From a virus (lineage: Duplodnaviria > Caudoviricetes), in the IMG/VR virus record IMGVR_UViG_3300034993_000085, positions 5,479 through 69,478 of that record: DNA of 64,000 bases. The stretch is one strand, 5' to 3'. Each line of letters opens with the position of its first letter. Position 1 is the first letter of the stretch. Shown piece by piece: positions 9,421 through 17,928 of the stretch. The notes under the pieces are model-generated. The model was not told the DNA's origin, did not search any database, and saw only the letters and a program-made list of their open reading frames with translations. The position numbers and the translations under genes were made by a program.

Positions 9421-9607
9421 GAATCTCTCCCGCTATTCCCATCTCTGCGCGGTCTGCGTTCTTGATGTAATCGAGTGCGTCTTTCCAGGCGAGCCCGTAG
9501 ACGTTCTCGGCATCCATATCAAGGGTTCTCTTCACCATGGAAGGAGTCATCTTGTAGAGTTCCACGAGTCGTTGAAGAATCGCCTTTGGATCAGTCACGA
9601 GTTGCAT
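9392..9607 (-). CDS. Hypothetical protein (71 aa)
   Basis: Likely start ATG 9607 (MQLVTDPKAIL...). Confidence 0.5.
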   Translation of the reverse strand: MQLVTDPKAILQRLVELYKMTPSMVKRTLDMDAENVYGLAWKDALDYIKNADRAEMGIAGEIRAAQDTPTG

Positions 9608-9836
9608 CCTTTTCTGGTGCGAGCGCGATACCGAGAACAAACAGCGCGAAGCCCCCGAACAGCAGGCCGAAAATAGCAAGGAACTGCGCGAAGATACTGG
9701 TGGAGTGCACCCACTGCTCAAGTCCGTACCAGAATGGTGCCGTTGCCGCTACCACCCACATCACGAGTGCAAACAGCCCCACAGATAATCCGAGACCCCC
9801 AACTACGATGCACACCACGGCAGCGATGCCTTTCAT
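9591..9836 (-). CDS. Two-TM membrane protein
   Basis: 81 aa, two long hydrophobic helices. Confidence 0.65.
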   Translation of the reverse strand: MKGIAAVVCIVVGGLGLSVGLFALVMWVVAATAPFWYGLEQWVHSTSIFAQFLAIFGLLFGGFALFVLGIALAPEKDATRD

Positions 9837-10237
9837 CGCGGTGGGTTCATTTCGATCGTGATGCCCAACGCGGTAACCTCTTCGGGGGTGAGCTTGCCCA
9901 ACGCGTGCTGCACAAGCTCGGCGCGGGTCTCCGCATCGGCCCGGGCTTGGTTCCGGTCTCTGTCCCGCTTCTCGTGGTTATCCCACCAGTTCGCCAGTGC
10001 CCGGGATATCGGGTTATGTCCGTCGTACACCAGGCGCTCGCGCTCTTCGCTGGACAACACAGAGATTATCGCGCACAAGCTCACGGAGTAATCGACCCCC
10101 GCGAATGAGTTGTGCGCAGCGCGCTCCACACCCAACGGGACATCGTAGCCCTTCTCTCGTAACACGTACACCAAGAGCATCGCGGTCTCGTGATTATGGC
10201 GCTGCTGCCCCGTGGGCTCGTCAGTGACACACGGCAT
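9833..10237 (-). CDS. Hypothetical protein
   Basis: 134 aa, GAAAGGAG RBS. Confidence 0.65.
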   Translation of the reverse strand: MPCVTDEPTGQQRHNHETAMLLVYVLREKGYDVPLGVERAAHNSFAGVDYSVSLCAIISVLSSEERERLVYDGHNPISRALANWWDNHEKRDRDRNQARADAETRAELVQHALGKLTPEEVTALGITIEMNPPR

Positions 10238-10748
10238 TGGTACTCCTTTCCTGGGTTGCCAGGGCTGCCCGGCAAATAGCCTCGGGCGCCGTCTCGATAT
10301 TCTGGGCCTGATACGCGTGGCTTGATGAGAACGGAGGATCGAAGCTGCACCACCAGCCGTTCTCCGGGAACTTCTCTGGGTACCCAGTGAGCGTCATCTG
10401 GAATCCGCGTCGGCGCATCTCATCAGCGACTTCCCACGCGTAGTCGATGTCCGTGGAGTAGCGCGGCGGAATCAAGCGGTAGTCGTTGACGGCCTGCTCG
10501 ATCTCCGGAAGTATCTGCTTCCCGATATGCAGCATGTAGCGATCGTTGCCATTCGTTGCGCCCTCGGGCTCGGGTAACGTGTCTCGCGGTGGAAGGGGAA
10601 ATTCGCGCCCGTCATGAAACACCACGGGGTTTCCCGCCACGAGAACCATCTTCCAGACTATCTCGCATATGGCCCGATCTCTCGGAGGTATGCAGTCTCG
10701 GTTGAATAGTTCCTGGGATACCCGGTAATCAAGCTCAATCATTTTCAT
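10221..10748 (-). CDS. Phage ABA-sandwich-domain protein
   Basis: PRYSTDIDYAWEV...WWCSF...TAPEAICRAAL pattern recognised from that family; ATG 10748 with AGAAAGGAG RBS. Confidence 0.65.
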   Translation of the reverse strand: MKMIELDYRVSQELFNRDCIPPRDRAICEIVWKMVLVAGNPVVFHDGREFPLPPRDTLPEPEGATNGNDRYMLHIGKQILPEIEQAVNDYRLIPPRYSTDIDYAWEVADEMRRRGFQMTLTGYPEKFPENGWWCSFDPPFSSSHAYQAQNIETAPEAICRAALATQERSTNAVCH

Positions 10749-10990
10749 GGGCTCTCCTTTCTTGATGGTTGCTCGGCCAGGGCTGCCGGCACCGGGCAAG
10801 TGGCGGAATGCCCCCTGATCTCTACTCGCTCCGTACCGTGCCATTCGATAAGCGATCCACACACTCGGCACGTTACATGGTCCGAACCACGAACGATGAG
10901 CAGATCACGGAGCCACGCTATCGTCGCGTCCTGCTCGGCCAGGCGCTGCCGTAGCTCTGCTATTTCCTCCACCGGACTCGACCAGCTCAT
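10745..10990 (-). CDS. Coiled-coil mosaic family member 4 (DATI..L / AALAEQPS)
   Basis: 81 aa; shares modules with neighbours. Confidence 0.7.
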   Translation of the reverse strand: MSWSSPVEEIAELRQRLAEQDATIAWLRDLLIVRGSDHVTCRVCGSLIEWHGTERVEIRGHSATCPVPAALAEQPSRKESP

Positions 10991-11316
10991 GATGACTGCT
11001 CGGACAGGGCTGCCCAGGCTTCCTGGTAATGTCGCACCGATATTTGACCGTTGTAAATCGGGTCTGGTGCGTGCCGCACGGCACTAGCATTGAATGCCCC
11101 GAGTACGCCCTTCAGCGCCTCGCGGAGCCGCGCTATCGTCGCGTCCCGCTCTTTGCAGTCCTCGCACGGCAGCGGATCGTAATTCAAACGCCCTATGATC
11201 TTTAGTTGCCGCGCAATCGTCACGGCCTGCTCGGCTAGCTGGCGCTCAAGCTCTTTACGGACAGCTTCAGACTCAGCGAACAGGCTCTTCGTGAAATTTA
11301 GCTCGCTCTCGCTCAT
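10987..11316 (-). CDS. Coiled-coil mosaic family member 3
   Basis: 109 aa; N-terminus SELNFTKSLFAESE shared with 11636-11995. Confidence 0.75.
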   Translation of the reverse strand: MSESELNFTKSLFAESEAVRKELERQLAEQAVTIARQLKIIGRLNYDPLPCEDCKERDATIARLREALKGVLGAFNASAVRHAPDPIYNGQISVRHYQEAWAALSEQSS

Positions 11317-11639
11317 GATGGCTGCTCGGCCAGGGCTGCCAGAAGTGCTAGTAGCTTATCGAGCGCTATCCAGTCGTCGTTGAGCATTCGGCTCGTTTCT
11401 CGCACATGTCGATAATGACGATAGGCTTCGACGAGCCGCGCTATTGTCGCGTCACGCTCTTTGACGTGTCGTTCGCTCACTAACACCGCCGGCCCGAGAT
11501 GGTCAAGGCTGCGACGTAGTGAGTCAATCGTCGCGTCGCACGCATCAAGTTTGGCATTCAGCAGTTCGATGATCCGCGATAACTCCGTTTCCGAGCGCGC
11601 AGCATGCTCCCTCGTCTCCCTATACAGGTTCTCGTTCAT
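11313..11639 (-). CDS. Coiled-coil mosaic family member 2
   Basis: 108 aa from ATG 11639 (ATGA overlap); KERDATIARL and AALAEQPS modules. Confidence 0.7.
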   Translation of the reverse strand: MNENLYRETREHAARSETELSRIIELLNAKLDACDATIDSLRRSLDHLGPAVLVSERHVKERDATIARLVEAYRHYRHVRETSRMLNDDWIALDKLLALLAALAEQPS

Positions 11640-11995
11640 GATGGCTGCTCGACCAAGCCTGACAAACCACAATCGCACACACGGAGCGCCATCGTCCGTT
11701 CGCTGGACCAAAACTCACATTTGGACGTGTGCCGCCCATACCGCGTCAATACAGCACGGAGCCGTTCAATCGTCGTGTTCTGTTCCGCCCATTCCGATGT
11801 CATTTCATCAATCGTTGCATCTCGCCGCGCTATCGTCGCGGCCTGCTCATGCGTTATCGCTACCAGCACGGCGACGCGCTCATGAAGCTGCGCAACCGTT
11901 GCGACGATCTCAGCAAGTTGGCGCTCCAATTCTTTCCGGGCGACTTCAGACTCCGCGAACAGGCTCTTGGTGAAATTTAGCTCGCTCTGGGTCAC
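11636..11995 (-). CDS. Coiled-coil mosaic family member 1
   Basis: 119 aa; ends LVEQPS. Confidence 0.75.
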   Translation of the reverse strand: MTQSELNFTKSLFAESEVARKELERQLAEIVATVAQLHERVAVLVAITHEQAATIARRDATIDEMTSEWAEQNTTIERLRAVLTRYGRHTSKCEFWSSERTMALRVCDCGLSGLVEQPS

Positions 11996-12186
11996 AGGGC
12001 GTCCCTTTTCCGAATGTACTTCGCGCGCTCATAGATGGTGGATTGCAACTCGGCATAGCAGTCCGGGCACACGTCCTGAAGCGAGAAATCACACGTGATA
12101 TCTCGGAACCCCTGGATGGTGCTGTGCGTAACACCGGGTGGCCGCTCATCGTGGCACACATCGCAGTAGGTCACTTCTTTTCGCAC
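11992..12186 (-). CDS. Small Zn-finger protein
   Basis: 64 aa, CDVC...CPDC, AAGAAAGGAG RBS. Confidence 0.7.
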   Translation of the reverse strand: MRKEVTYCDVCHDERPPGVTHSTIQGFRDITCDFSLQDVCPDCYAELQSTIYERAKYIRKRDAL

Positions 12187-12221
12187 TGGGGTCTCCTTTC
12201 TTTGTGCGTGTCTTGTTGTTT

Positions 12222-12485
12222 TTACTCTACAGGCTTTGGCGGGTGCCGATCAACCCTGGAAACATCAAGCTGGGGCTCGATGGGGGCCGAGAGATCGTAG
12301 CTCTCCATGAACCGCTGCATGCTGGCCTGATCGAGTTCTGCGCGTTTTGCCCAATAGCCATCACGGCATATACCCACCGGGTAGTCCTCATGATCGAACG
12401 TGTCGCAATAGACCAGCATGTAGTCGTAGCCCACGCCTTTCATGTTGTCGAACCACCGTCGAATGTCACTCTTTGTCGTTGCCAT
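12222..12485 (-). CDS. Conserved phage hypothetical protein
   Basis: 87 aa from ATG 12485; MLVYCDTFDHEDYPV...MESYDL pattern familiar from phage proteins. Confidence 0.65.
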   Translation of the reverse strand: MATTKSDIRRWFDNMKGVGYDYMLVYCDTFDHEDYPVGICRDGYWAKRAELDQASMQRFMESYDLSAPIEPQLDVSRVDRHPPKPVE

Positions 12486-12511
12486 GGGGCTGCTCCAGTC
12501 TTGCGTCTCAT

Positions 12512-12823
12512 CTAGTAGCACGTCCACCTCCAATGCCGGCACCAGTTGGTTCCGCCTTGACTGAGCCGATACGCCGCCTGGGCATTGCCGTACGGATCAT
12601 AGGTGGAGTCTGGGTGTACCGGATGTATCTGGAAATACCCCTTCTCCCCGAGCGCCCCCGTAGCGTATTGGCGCCAACTCGACTCTCTCCACGCGACATA
12701 GCAGGCGTCAGGCGCCCGATCCCCAAATACATCAACGATCGCTTGTGGACAGTGGGCGGGCTGCGCCTTCACGGGTTGAGCCACCATCGCCACCAGGGCG
12801 CCGATCACTGCGAATTTTGCCAT
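12512..12823 (-). CDS. Secreted SLT/lysozyme-like transglycosylase
   Basis: Signal peptide, then AWRES (catalytic Glu), GYFQI, DPYGNAQAA, W..W. Confidence 0.75.
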   Translation of the reverse strand: MAKFAVIGALVAMVAQPVKAQPAHCPQAIVDVFGDRAPDACYVAWRESSWRQYATGALGEKGYFQIHPVHPDSTYDPYGNAQAAYRLSQGGTNWCRHWRWTCY

Positions 12824-12842
12824 TGATACTCCTTACACGTTG

Positions 12843-12851
12843 TTTATACCA
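12843..12851 (-). promoter_or_regulatory. Extended -10 promoter of the leftward operon
   Basis: TGGTATAAA about 20 nt upstream of the AAGGAG RBS; no clear -35. Confidence 0.5.
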
Positions 12852-13541
12852 CAGAGCCTTTTCCCCTTTCCACCTAGCGCTTGCTACGCACTGCCTGGCT
12901 ATAGGGCGGGAACTCGCGACCGGGATCGATCGGCACCTTCGGTGCCGGGGTCGCACGCGTACATTAAACCGCGCGGAAAGCCCCTGGGATGTGTCCAGAC
13001 ATTTGGCCATAGTACGGCCCGATGGTATCGAATTCGTCAACCCGATACATCTGGGCCATGGTTACGATAATGCGAATTATCGTAACCAACGCTCGAAACG
13101 GCCCAGTTCGGAGCAGATCGAGCCCAGATGCGCCCGTTTCGGCTCTCGTGGCGGGTTTTGCGCCAGATGTCGCCCGAAATGCCTAGGCGTTCTAGGTTGT
13201 GGTACGTAGGGGAATCGACTGCCCATAACTTGCAGATCGAGATGCGGTGCAAATTATGGGCAGTCATCCTGGTGCGGGCCTGGTTGGGCCAATGGTCTCA
13301 AGTGGGGAACTGAAGGGGGGATAACCCGAGCTACAGAGACACGGAGATACCTCGCCAATGCAACCCCAATCAGTCAGTTCTCTGAATGCGGGATTCGGCC
13401 GTTCGGTAGAACGGCTGAATCTCTGATTTTGCGAACGGTTCCATAGGACCGTTCGCCTCTACTTCTCTGAAGAAGTATTGCTATGTCAAAACTGCCAGCG
13501 CATCGGGCAACGGCCCCGCACTATCGGGCAATTTCGCGTGT

Positions 13542-13592
13542 ACCCCCTTTACCCCCTTGTCTACCCCCTTCGATCTTCAGACACACCCCCTT
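13542..13592 (+). repeat. Four ACCCCCTT direct repeats (iteron-like)
   Basis: Copies start at 13542, 13551, 13563 and 13585. Confidence 0.75.
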
Positions 13593-14153
13593 GTGCTCAT
13601 TTGGGCCGATAGCTCACTTGAAAATGACCGTTCGGTGACTGGCGCCCATATGACAGGGGGTATTTTCTGAATGGTCCTAGAACGGTCTTTTTTGGGGCAT
13701 TTACACGAGTTTTTAGGGTATTGACCATTGAATGCTCAAAGTGCACGTTTTGGACATATTTCCCGTTTATTCAGTTTTTCCGGCCTGCCCGGAAATGGCC
13801 GAAATTTGATCTAAAACGGGTCACTTTCGCAGATTGGGTCTTGTGTTCTGTTTTTACCTCGGGCATAGTGACATCACAACTTAATAGCAAGTCACACGGA
13901 GAGCACATCCGCTGGCATTGACCAGCGGACCAGTGAACGGAAGTGACAATCCGATCAAGAGGTCGGCCCGAGTAAGGGACTCCATCTGTCTCATGTAAGC
14001 GCTAACGCAGCCAATGAGAATGAGCCGAAATTCTCACTAAGTATGTATGGACGACGCACGAGGGTAGGCTAGTTCAAAGCGGCAAGTTAATAGGTCAATA
14101 CAATACTCCGAAATGAAATCTGCCCAGATGGTCAATCTGGGCAGAATCACTGG

Positions 14154-14181
14154 TTGACATGAGCCCTCCAGTCTGAAGATT
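14154..14181 (+). promoter_or_regulatory. Candidate early promoter of the ribozyme operon
   Basis: Perfect TTGACA at 14154; only a weak -10 (AAGATT, 16-nt spacer). Confidence 0.35.
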
Positions 14182-14201
14182 AGCGCTCGGGAGTATTGAC
14201 C

Positions 14202-14684
14202 ATGGCACAGCACACAACAGATCTATGCCCACAGTGCGGCGTTGCCTTAGCGAACCATGTCTGCCCACAACGTGTCGGGACGGTACCTGGTGTCGTTACG
14301 ACATTCGTGCACAATGGCGCTACGGTCTCGAAAGTTGTTCGCGCAGTGTCTAAGAATGGCGCATGCGGGCGTTGTGGCCTCGTTCATCACAATGAGCGCG
14401 GGACGAAGCTCGTGTGTACTGCACAGGCGGCTGCGAATTGGGCAAATGTGAAGCTTGACCCAATGTCGCCAGTATTCATGCAAACGGTTGCAGATTTTCT
14501 CCTCAGTGAGCAAGTCAACGGCACGGTCACGGTAGCAGCAGCGGCGCCAGTCGCAGCGGCGCCAGTCGCAGCGGCGCCAGTCGCAGCGGCGCCAGTCGCG
14601 GCGCCAGTCGCGGCGCCAGCATCGTCAGAGGCGAAGCCACTAACGAAGAAAGAGAAAAAGGCGATCATGGACGGCGCGCGCTAA
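14202..14684 (+). CDS. Early protein with Cys/His clusters and AAAPV repeats
   Basis: 160 aa; CPQC, CGRC; about five GCAGCGGCGCCAGTC-like repeats. Confidence 0.8.
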   Translation: MAQHTTDLCPQCGVALANHVCPQRVGTVPGVVTTFVHNGATVSKVVRAVSKNGACGRCGLVHHNERGTKLVCTAQAAANWANVKLDPMSPVFMQTVADFLLSEQVNGTVTVAAAAPVAAAPVAAAPVAAAPVAAPVAAPASSEAKPLTKKEKKAIMDGAR

Positions 14685-14758
14685 CGCAGAGAGGCATGCC
14701 GCCTAGGGTACTAGGCGGCATGTTAATGCGGCATGCGAGGTCTCAAGCCCTCGCAAAT
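14685..14758 (+). ncRNA. Twister ribozyme R1 (P5-type permutation)
   Basis: CGCA-GAGAG-[13-bp P1]-U|AA-UGCG-GC..P4 with loop UCUCAAGC-AAAU; T1 covaries (GAG/CUC); predicted cut 14724/14725. Confidence 0.88.
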
Positions 14759-14781
14759 TTGACGCATTTGGAGTATTGACT

Positions 14782-14925
14782 ATGGCACTCGGTACACGTC
14801 ACATTCGGCGCAGCGTGTCCGGATCGAAAAACGGATCACGCTACGATCACCGAGCGACTGTGAAAAACGCGGCTCGCAAAGCACGGCGCGAGGATAGCAA
14901 GCGTGAGGTGCGGAGTAATGGGTGA
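14782..14925 (+). CDS. Basic 47-aa peptide
   Basis: Shared RBS motif; MALGTRHIRRSVSGSKNGSRYDHRATVKNAARKARREDSKREVRSNG (hand translated). Confidence 0.7.
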   Translation: MALGTRHIRRSVSGSKNGSRYDHRATVKNAARKARREDSKREVRSNG

Positions 14926-14943
14926 GATGACGCTAGCCTAAAA

Positions 14944-15012
14944 CGCAGAGGGACATGCCACCCAATCCGGGTGGCATGGTAATGCGCGACCCGGCCCCAA
15001 GTCCGGGTAAAT
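14944..15012 (+). ncRNA. Twister ribozyme R2
   Basis: GCA-GAGGG-P1-GGU|AAUGC-GC..CCCGG-CCCCAAGU-CCGGG-UAAAU; cut 14980/14981. Confidence 0.87.
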
Positions 15013-15034
15013 CACACGCATTGGAGTATTGACC

Positions 15035-15307
15035 ATGAACTATCGGATGCTTACGTTTGACGTTCGCAACATGATTGTCAATCGCGTATTTAAGCACCAT
15101 GGGATAGATAGCACTCCGCGAGAAGGCGAGGCACTCTATCCCAGTATGACGATAGAACGCGCTCCAGATGGGCGGCGGATTGTTGTTGCCGTGCAGTATG
15201 CAATCGTCAACGATACCCATGTCGAGGCGTATTACGATTCGGCAGAGGAGGCGGCATTCTGGCTCGCAAATCCGGACATCGAGCACGCGTGGCGCGCTGG
15301 TAGCTAG
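15035..15307 (+). CDS. Hypothetical early protein (90 aa)
   Basis: Shared RBS motif; the stop codon overlaps the first base of the ribozyme. Confidence 0.8.
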   Translation: MNYRMLTFDVRNMIVNRVFKHHGIDSTPREGEALYPSMTIERAPDGRRIVVAVQYAIVNDTHVEAYYDSAEEAAFWLANPDIEHAWRAGS

Positions 15308-15371
15308 CAGAGGGACGCGGCGCCGCAAGGCGCCGTGGTAATGCGCGGCCCGGCCCCAAGCCCGGGTAAAT
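15307..15371 (+). ncRNA. Twister ribozyme R3
   Basis: Same core, P1 capped by GCAA tetraloop; cut 15339/15340; identical to R8. Confidence 0.88.
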
Positions 15372-15395
15372 ACAAAGCGCAGAGGAGTATTGACC

Positions 15396-16193
15396 ATGGC
15401 TATCTCAAGTGCCCCCACCGGGAACCCGCTTGTTCTGAACCGGGATGAGTTGCGTGATTTATTCATAAGTGCACCCGTCATGCAAGGCGAGACCGTGATT
15501 CTTCACGGGCCTCCTGGCACCGGGAAATCGAGCCTCGCGGACGAGCTAGCTCGCCGGACTGGGCGGCCCGTGTTCTGGGTCGCCTGTCATCCTGACGCTA
15601 CGGCAAATGATGTCGTCGGCGGCTGGACTCCCAAGCCGGATGGCTCGGGTGGCTGGCAATTCACGCCCGGTCCGATGCTCATGGCATGGGGCCTGACGGG
15701 AAATCCGGGAATCCTAATCGTGGACGATGTTCACGAAGCAGGCCCAGGAATCCGGGCGGCGCTGTATACAGCGATGAATCGACATTCAGCGCGCTATACA
15801 ACGCCCGATGGCATCACGCACCAGCCGGATTCGAAATACTGGTGCATTGTCACATCGAACGAGGCGCCCGAGGCGCTCCCGTTCCCGATTCTTGACCGTG
15901 GCGCGATTCGCGCTCCGGTTCTTCAGCCGAGTCAGGACATGCTCGATGCCCTGCATCCGGATATCCGAGATTTAGTCGAAATCGACTATGACGGAGCGAC
16001 GGACAATCCGGTCGCGACGTATCGTGAATGGAGCACGATGTCGAAACTGTGGCCGGCCATTGGGCTCGGTCGCGCGATTTTACTGGCTCTCGGGAGTCAG
16101 GCCCGGGCAAAGCGAATGCTCGAAAGCTTAACCAAGATCGGCATTAAGGACGCTGCCGACGCGTACGCACAAGTTGTCGCATCGATGCCATAA
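15396..16193 (+). CDS. MoxR-like AAA+ ATPase
   Basis: Walker A GPPGTGKS, VVGGWTP, FTPGP, Walker B ILIVDDV (DD for DE), TSN, LDR. Confidence 0.85.
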   Translation: MAISSAPTGNPLVLNRDELRDLFISAPVMQGETVILHGPPGTGKSSLADELARRTGRPVFWVACHPDATANDVVGGWTPKPDGSGGWQFTPGPMLMAWGLTGNPGILIVDDVHEAGPGIRAALYTAMNRHSARYTTPDGITHQPDSKYWCIVTSNEAPEALPFPILDRGAIRAPVLQPSQDMLDALHPDIRDLVEIDYDGATDNPVATYREWSTMSKLWPAIGLGRAILLALGSQARAKRMLESLTKIGIKDAADAYAQVVASMP

Positions 16194-16261
16194 GCAGAGG
16201 GACGCGGCGCCAGCAATGGCGCCGTGGTAATGCACGAATCCGGTCCCAAGTCCGGATTAAT
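16194..16261 (+). ncRNA. Twister ribozyme R4
   Basis: T2 covaries (AC/GU); loop UCCCAAGU; cut 16228/16229. Confidence 0.92.
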
Positions 16262-16284
16262 TCACGTGCAGAGGAGTATTGACC

Positions 16285-17664
16285 ATGACAGATTCACGAA
16301 GTCAGGACGCCTACCCGCGACTGATTCCGGGGCCATTTCAAGGCGGCAACTGGACCGTTATCAACTGCAATGACATGCACGCTAAAACGGCACCCCAGGA
16401 TAAGATGCTCGCGATTCCGCAGAATCTTACGCGCCACCAGGCTCTCATCCGGATGCACGAGTTGTATCACGTCGGACGAGGGCTTGATCCCCGGGATTTT
16501 GGGCCTGAGCCACGCGCATCGTTTCGGCGAATGTGCGAGGAGATCGCTGTCGAGACTGACGCGCTCAATAACCACTTCGATATTCGCGAAGCGCGCGATG
16601 GTCTCGATTGGGCGAGCTTCCCGAAGCCTGATGACCGGATCGGATGCGCCGTGATGGTGCTCCAACTTGTCGGCTCTGAGATCGTTTCGAAGAATCCGGA
16701 TTTGAGAGCGTTTTATCAAGAGGTGCTCTACAATCCGGCTCTTTCCTGGGACGATCAGCGCGTCTTAGGGCAAGCGTTTCGCGAAGTATTCAACGACACA
16801 TCGCCGGTCAACTGCGATGCGGTCGCGGACATGCTCGCGAAGCATTTTGCGCCTCCACCCGTGCAGACCGATCCGGGTCTGAATGCGGAGGAGCAGCGCA
16901 AAATCGACGACGCGCTGGCCGAGGCTGCCGAGGCTGCTGCGCAATCAGCGGCACAGGACGCCAAGACGGGCAAGATTGATCCGGATTCGCAAGTCCAGCG
17001 AACTCCGGTTCATGAGCACGAGGTCCACATCGAAGGCTACGGTCCGCATACGGTCAAAGATGGGCTCGCGATTCATTGGCACGTTGGCGGCAAGTCACCG
17101 TCCAAGGTGATTGCCGCAACATGGCGCGCATCAGATGCCAGCGGCCCGCTGCGCTATCCGACGCAGGCCATGCGCCCGGACGGGAAACCGTTTGGGCAGC
17201 GCGCGCAGGGTGGCACGCTCATCATCGACGCCTCCGGCTCGATGGGCTGGACGCAGGGCCAACTTGAATCCGCGATCAAGTCTCTACCGAACCTTACGGT
17301 CGGGATTTACTGCGGCTCACGCGATGCTGAGGGCTCACGCCTATGCATCGTCGGGCACAAGGGCCGGATATCGGAGTTCGACAGGTCATCTGAGACATTC
17401 ACGAACGGCAATGGCCGGTCGGATGCACAAGCGATCAAGCAGTGCATGAAGATCGGTTCCGGGCCGTACGTGTGGGTCTCGGACGGCGAGGTCCACTTCG
17501 ACGATATCCGCGAGGATATCCGGCCACTGATGGAGACCAAGAAGTCTCTGGTTCGCACGGTCACGGTCCAGGATGCCGTGGACTATCTCACCTACAAGAC
17601 GGTGAAGCTCAGCCGCGACGCTGACGAAAAGGCGCCGCTGCAATACGATAGGAGGCGAGTCTAG
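16285..17664 (+). CDS. VWA/MIDAS-domain partner of the AAA+ ATPase
   Basis: TLIIDASGSM (DxSxS) and VWVSDG in the C-terminal third. Confidence 0.75.
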   Translation: MTDSRSQDAYPRLIPGPFQGGNWTVINCNDMHAKTAPQDKMLAIPQNLTRHQALIRMHELYHVGRGLDPRDFGPEPRASFRRMCEEIAVETDALNNHFDIREARDGLDWASFPKPDDRIGCAVMVLQLVGSEIVSKNPDLRAFYQEVLYNPALSWDDQRVLGQAFREVFNDTSPVNCDAVADMLAKHFAPPPVQTDPGLNAEEQRKIDDALAEAAEAAAQSAAQDAKTGKIDPDSQVQRTPVHEHEVHIEGYGPHTVKDGLAIHWHVGGKSPSKVIAATWRASDASGPLRYPTQAMRPDGKPFGQRAQGGTLIIDASGSMGWTQGQLESAIKSLPNLTVGIYCGSRDAEGSRLCIVGHKGRISEFDRSSETFTNGNGRSDAQAIKQCMKIGSGPYVWVSDGEVHFDDIREDIRPLMETKKSLVRTVTVQDAVDYLTYKTVKLSRDADEKAPLQYDRRRV

Positions 17665-17731
17665 CAGAGGGACGCGGGCGCCGAAAGGCGCCCGTGGTAA
17701 TGCGCTCACACGGTCCCAAGCCCGTGTAAAT
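17664..17731 (+). ncRNA. Twister ribozyme R5
   Basis: P1 with GAAA loop; ACACGG-UCCCAAGC-CCGUGU; cut 17698/17699. Confidence 0.92.
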
Positions 17732-17754
17732 CACAGCGCAGAGGAGTATTGACC

Positions 17755-17916
17755 ATGCCAGAGTACCGTGTGACCTACTCGGTTGATGTCGAGGCAGAGA
17801 GTCACCAAGAGGCTGCTATGCAACTTCAAGGGGAAATGGTGCCGTACTACGCGACTGTAACAGTCCAGGAGACCGAGGACGGTATCCCGGTTGGTGCAGA
17901 GCACGAGATCGAATAA
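17755..17916 (+). CDS. Acidic 53-aa protein
   Basis: Shared RBS; MPEYRVTYSVDVEAESHQEAA... (hand translated). Confidence 0.75.
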   Translation: MPEYRVTYSVDVEAESHQEAAMQLQGEMVPYYATVTVQETEDGIPVGAEHEIE

Positions 17917-17928
17917 GGAGTATTGACC

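Larger units (their letters stand above)
10258..11988. repeat. Gene-junction repeats (25-28 nt) and a 44-nt N-terminal duplication
   Basis: TCATGATGRCTGCTCGGMCAGGGCTGCC at 11313-11340 and 10987-11014; 25-nt copy at 10763-10787; partial copies at 11636 and 10258; 11266-11309 matches 11945-11988 at 42/44 nt. Confidence 0.9.
12830..14189. other. Non-coding divergent control region (candidate origin, packaging or terminus region)
   Basis: No credible ORF over 1.35 kb between divergent arms; inverted repeat 13217-13265, ACCCCCTT x4, several (GT)ATTGACC copies. Confidence 0.55.

Noticed and set aside
14538-14620. GCAGCGGCGCCAGTC tandem repeats
   Set aside because: In-frame AAAPV low-complexity linker; GGCGCC similarity to the ribozyme P1 is too short to be meaningful.
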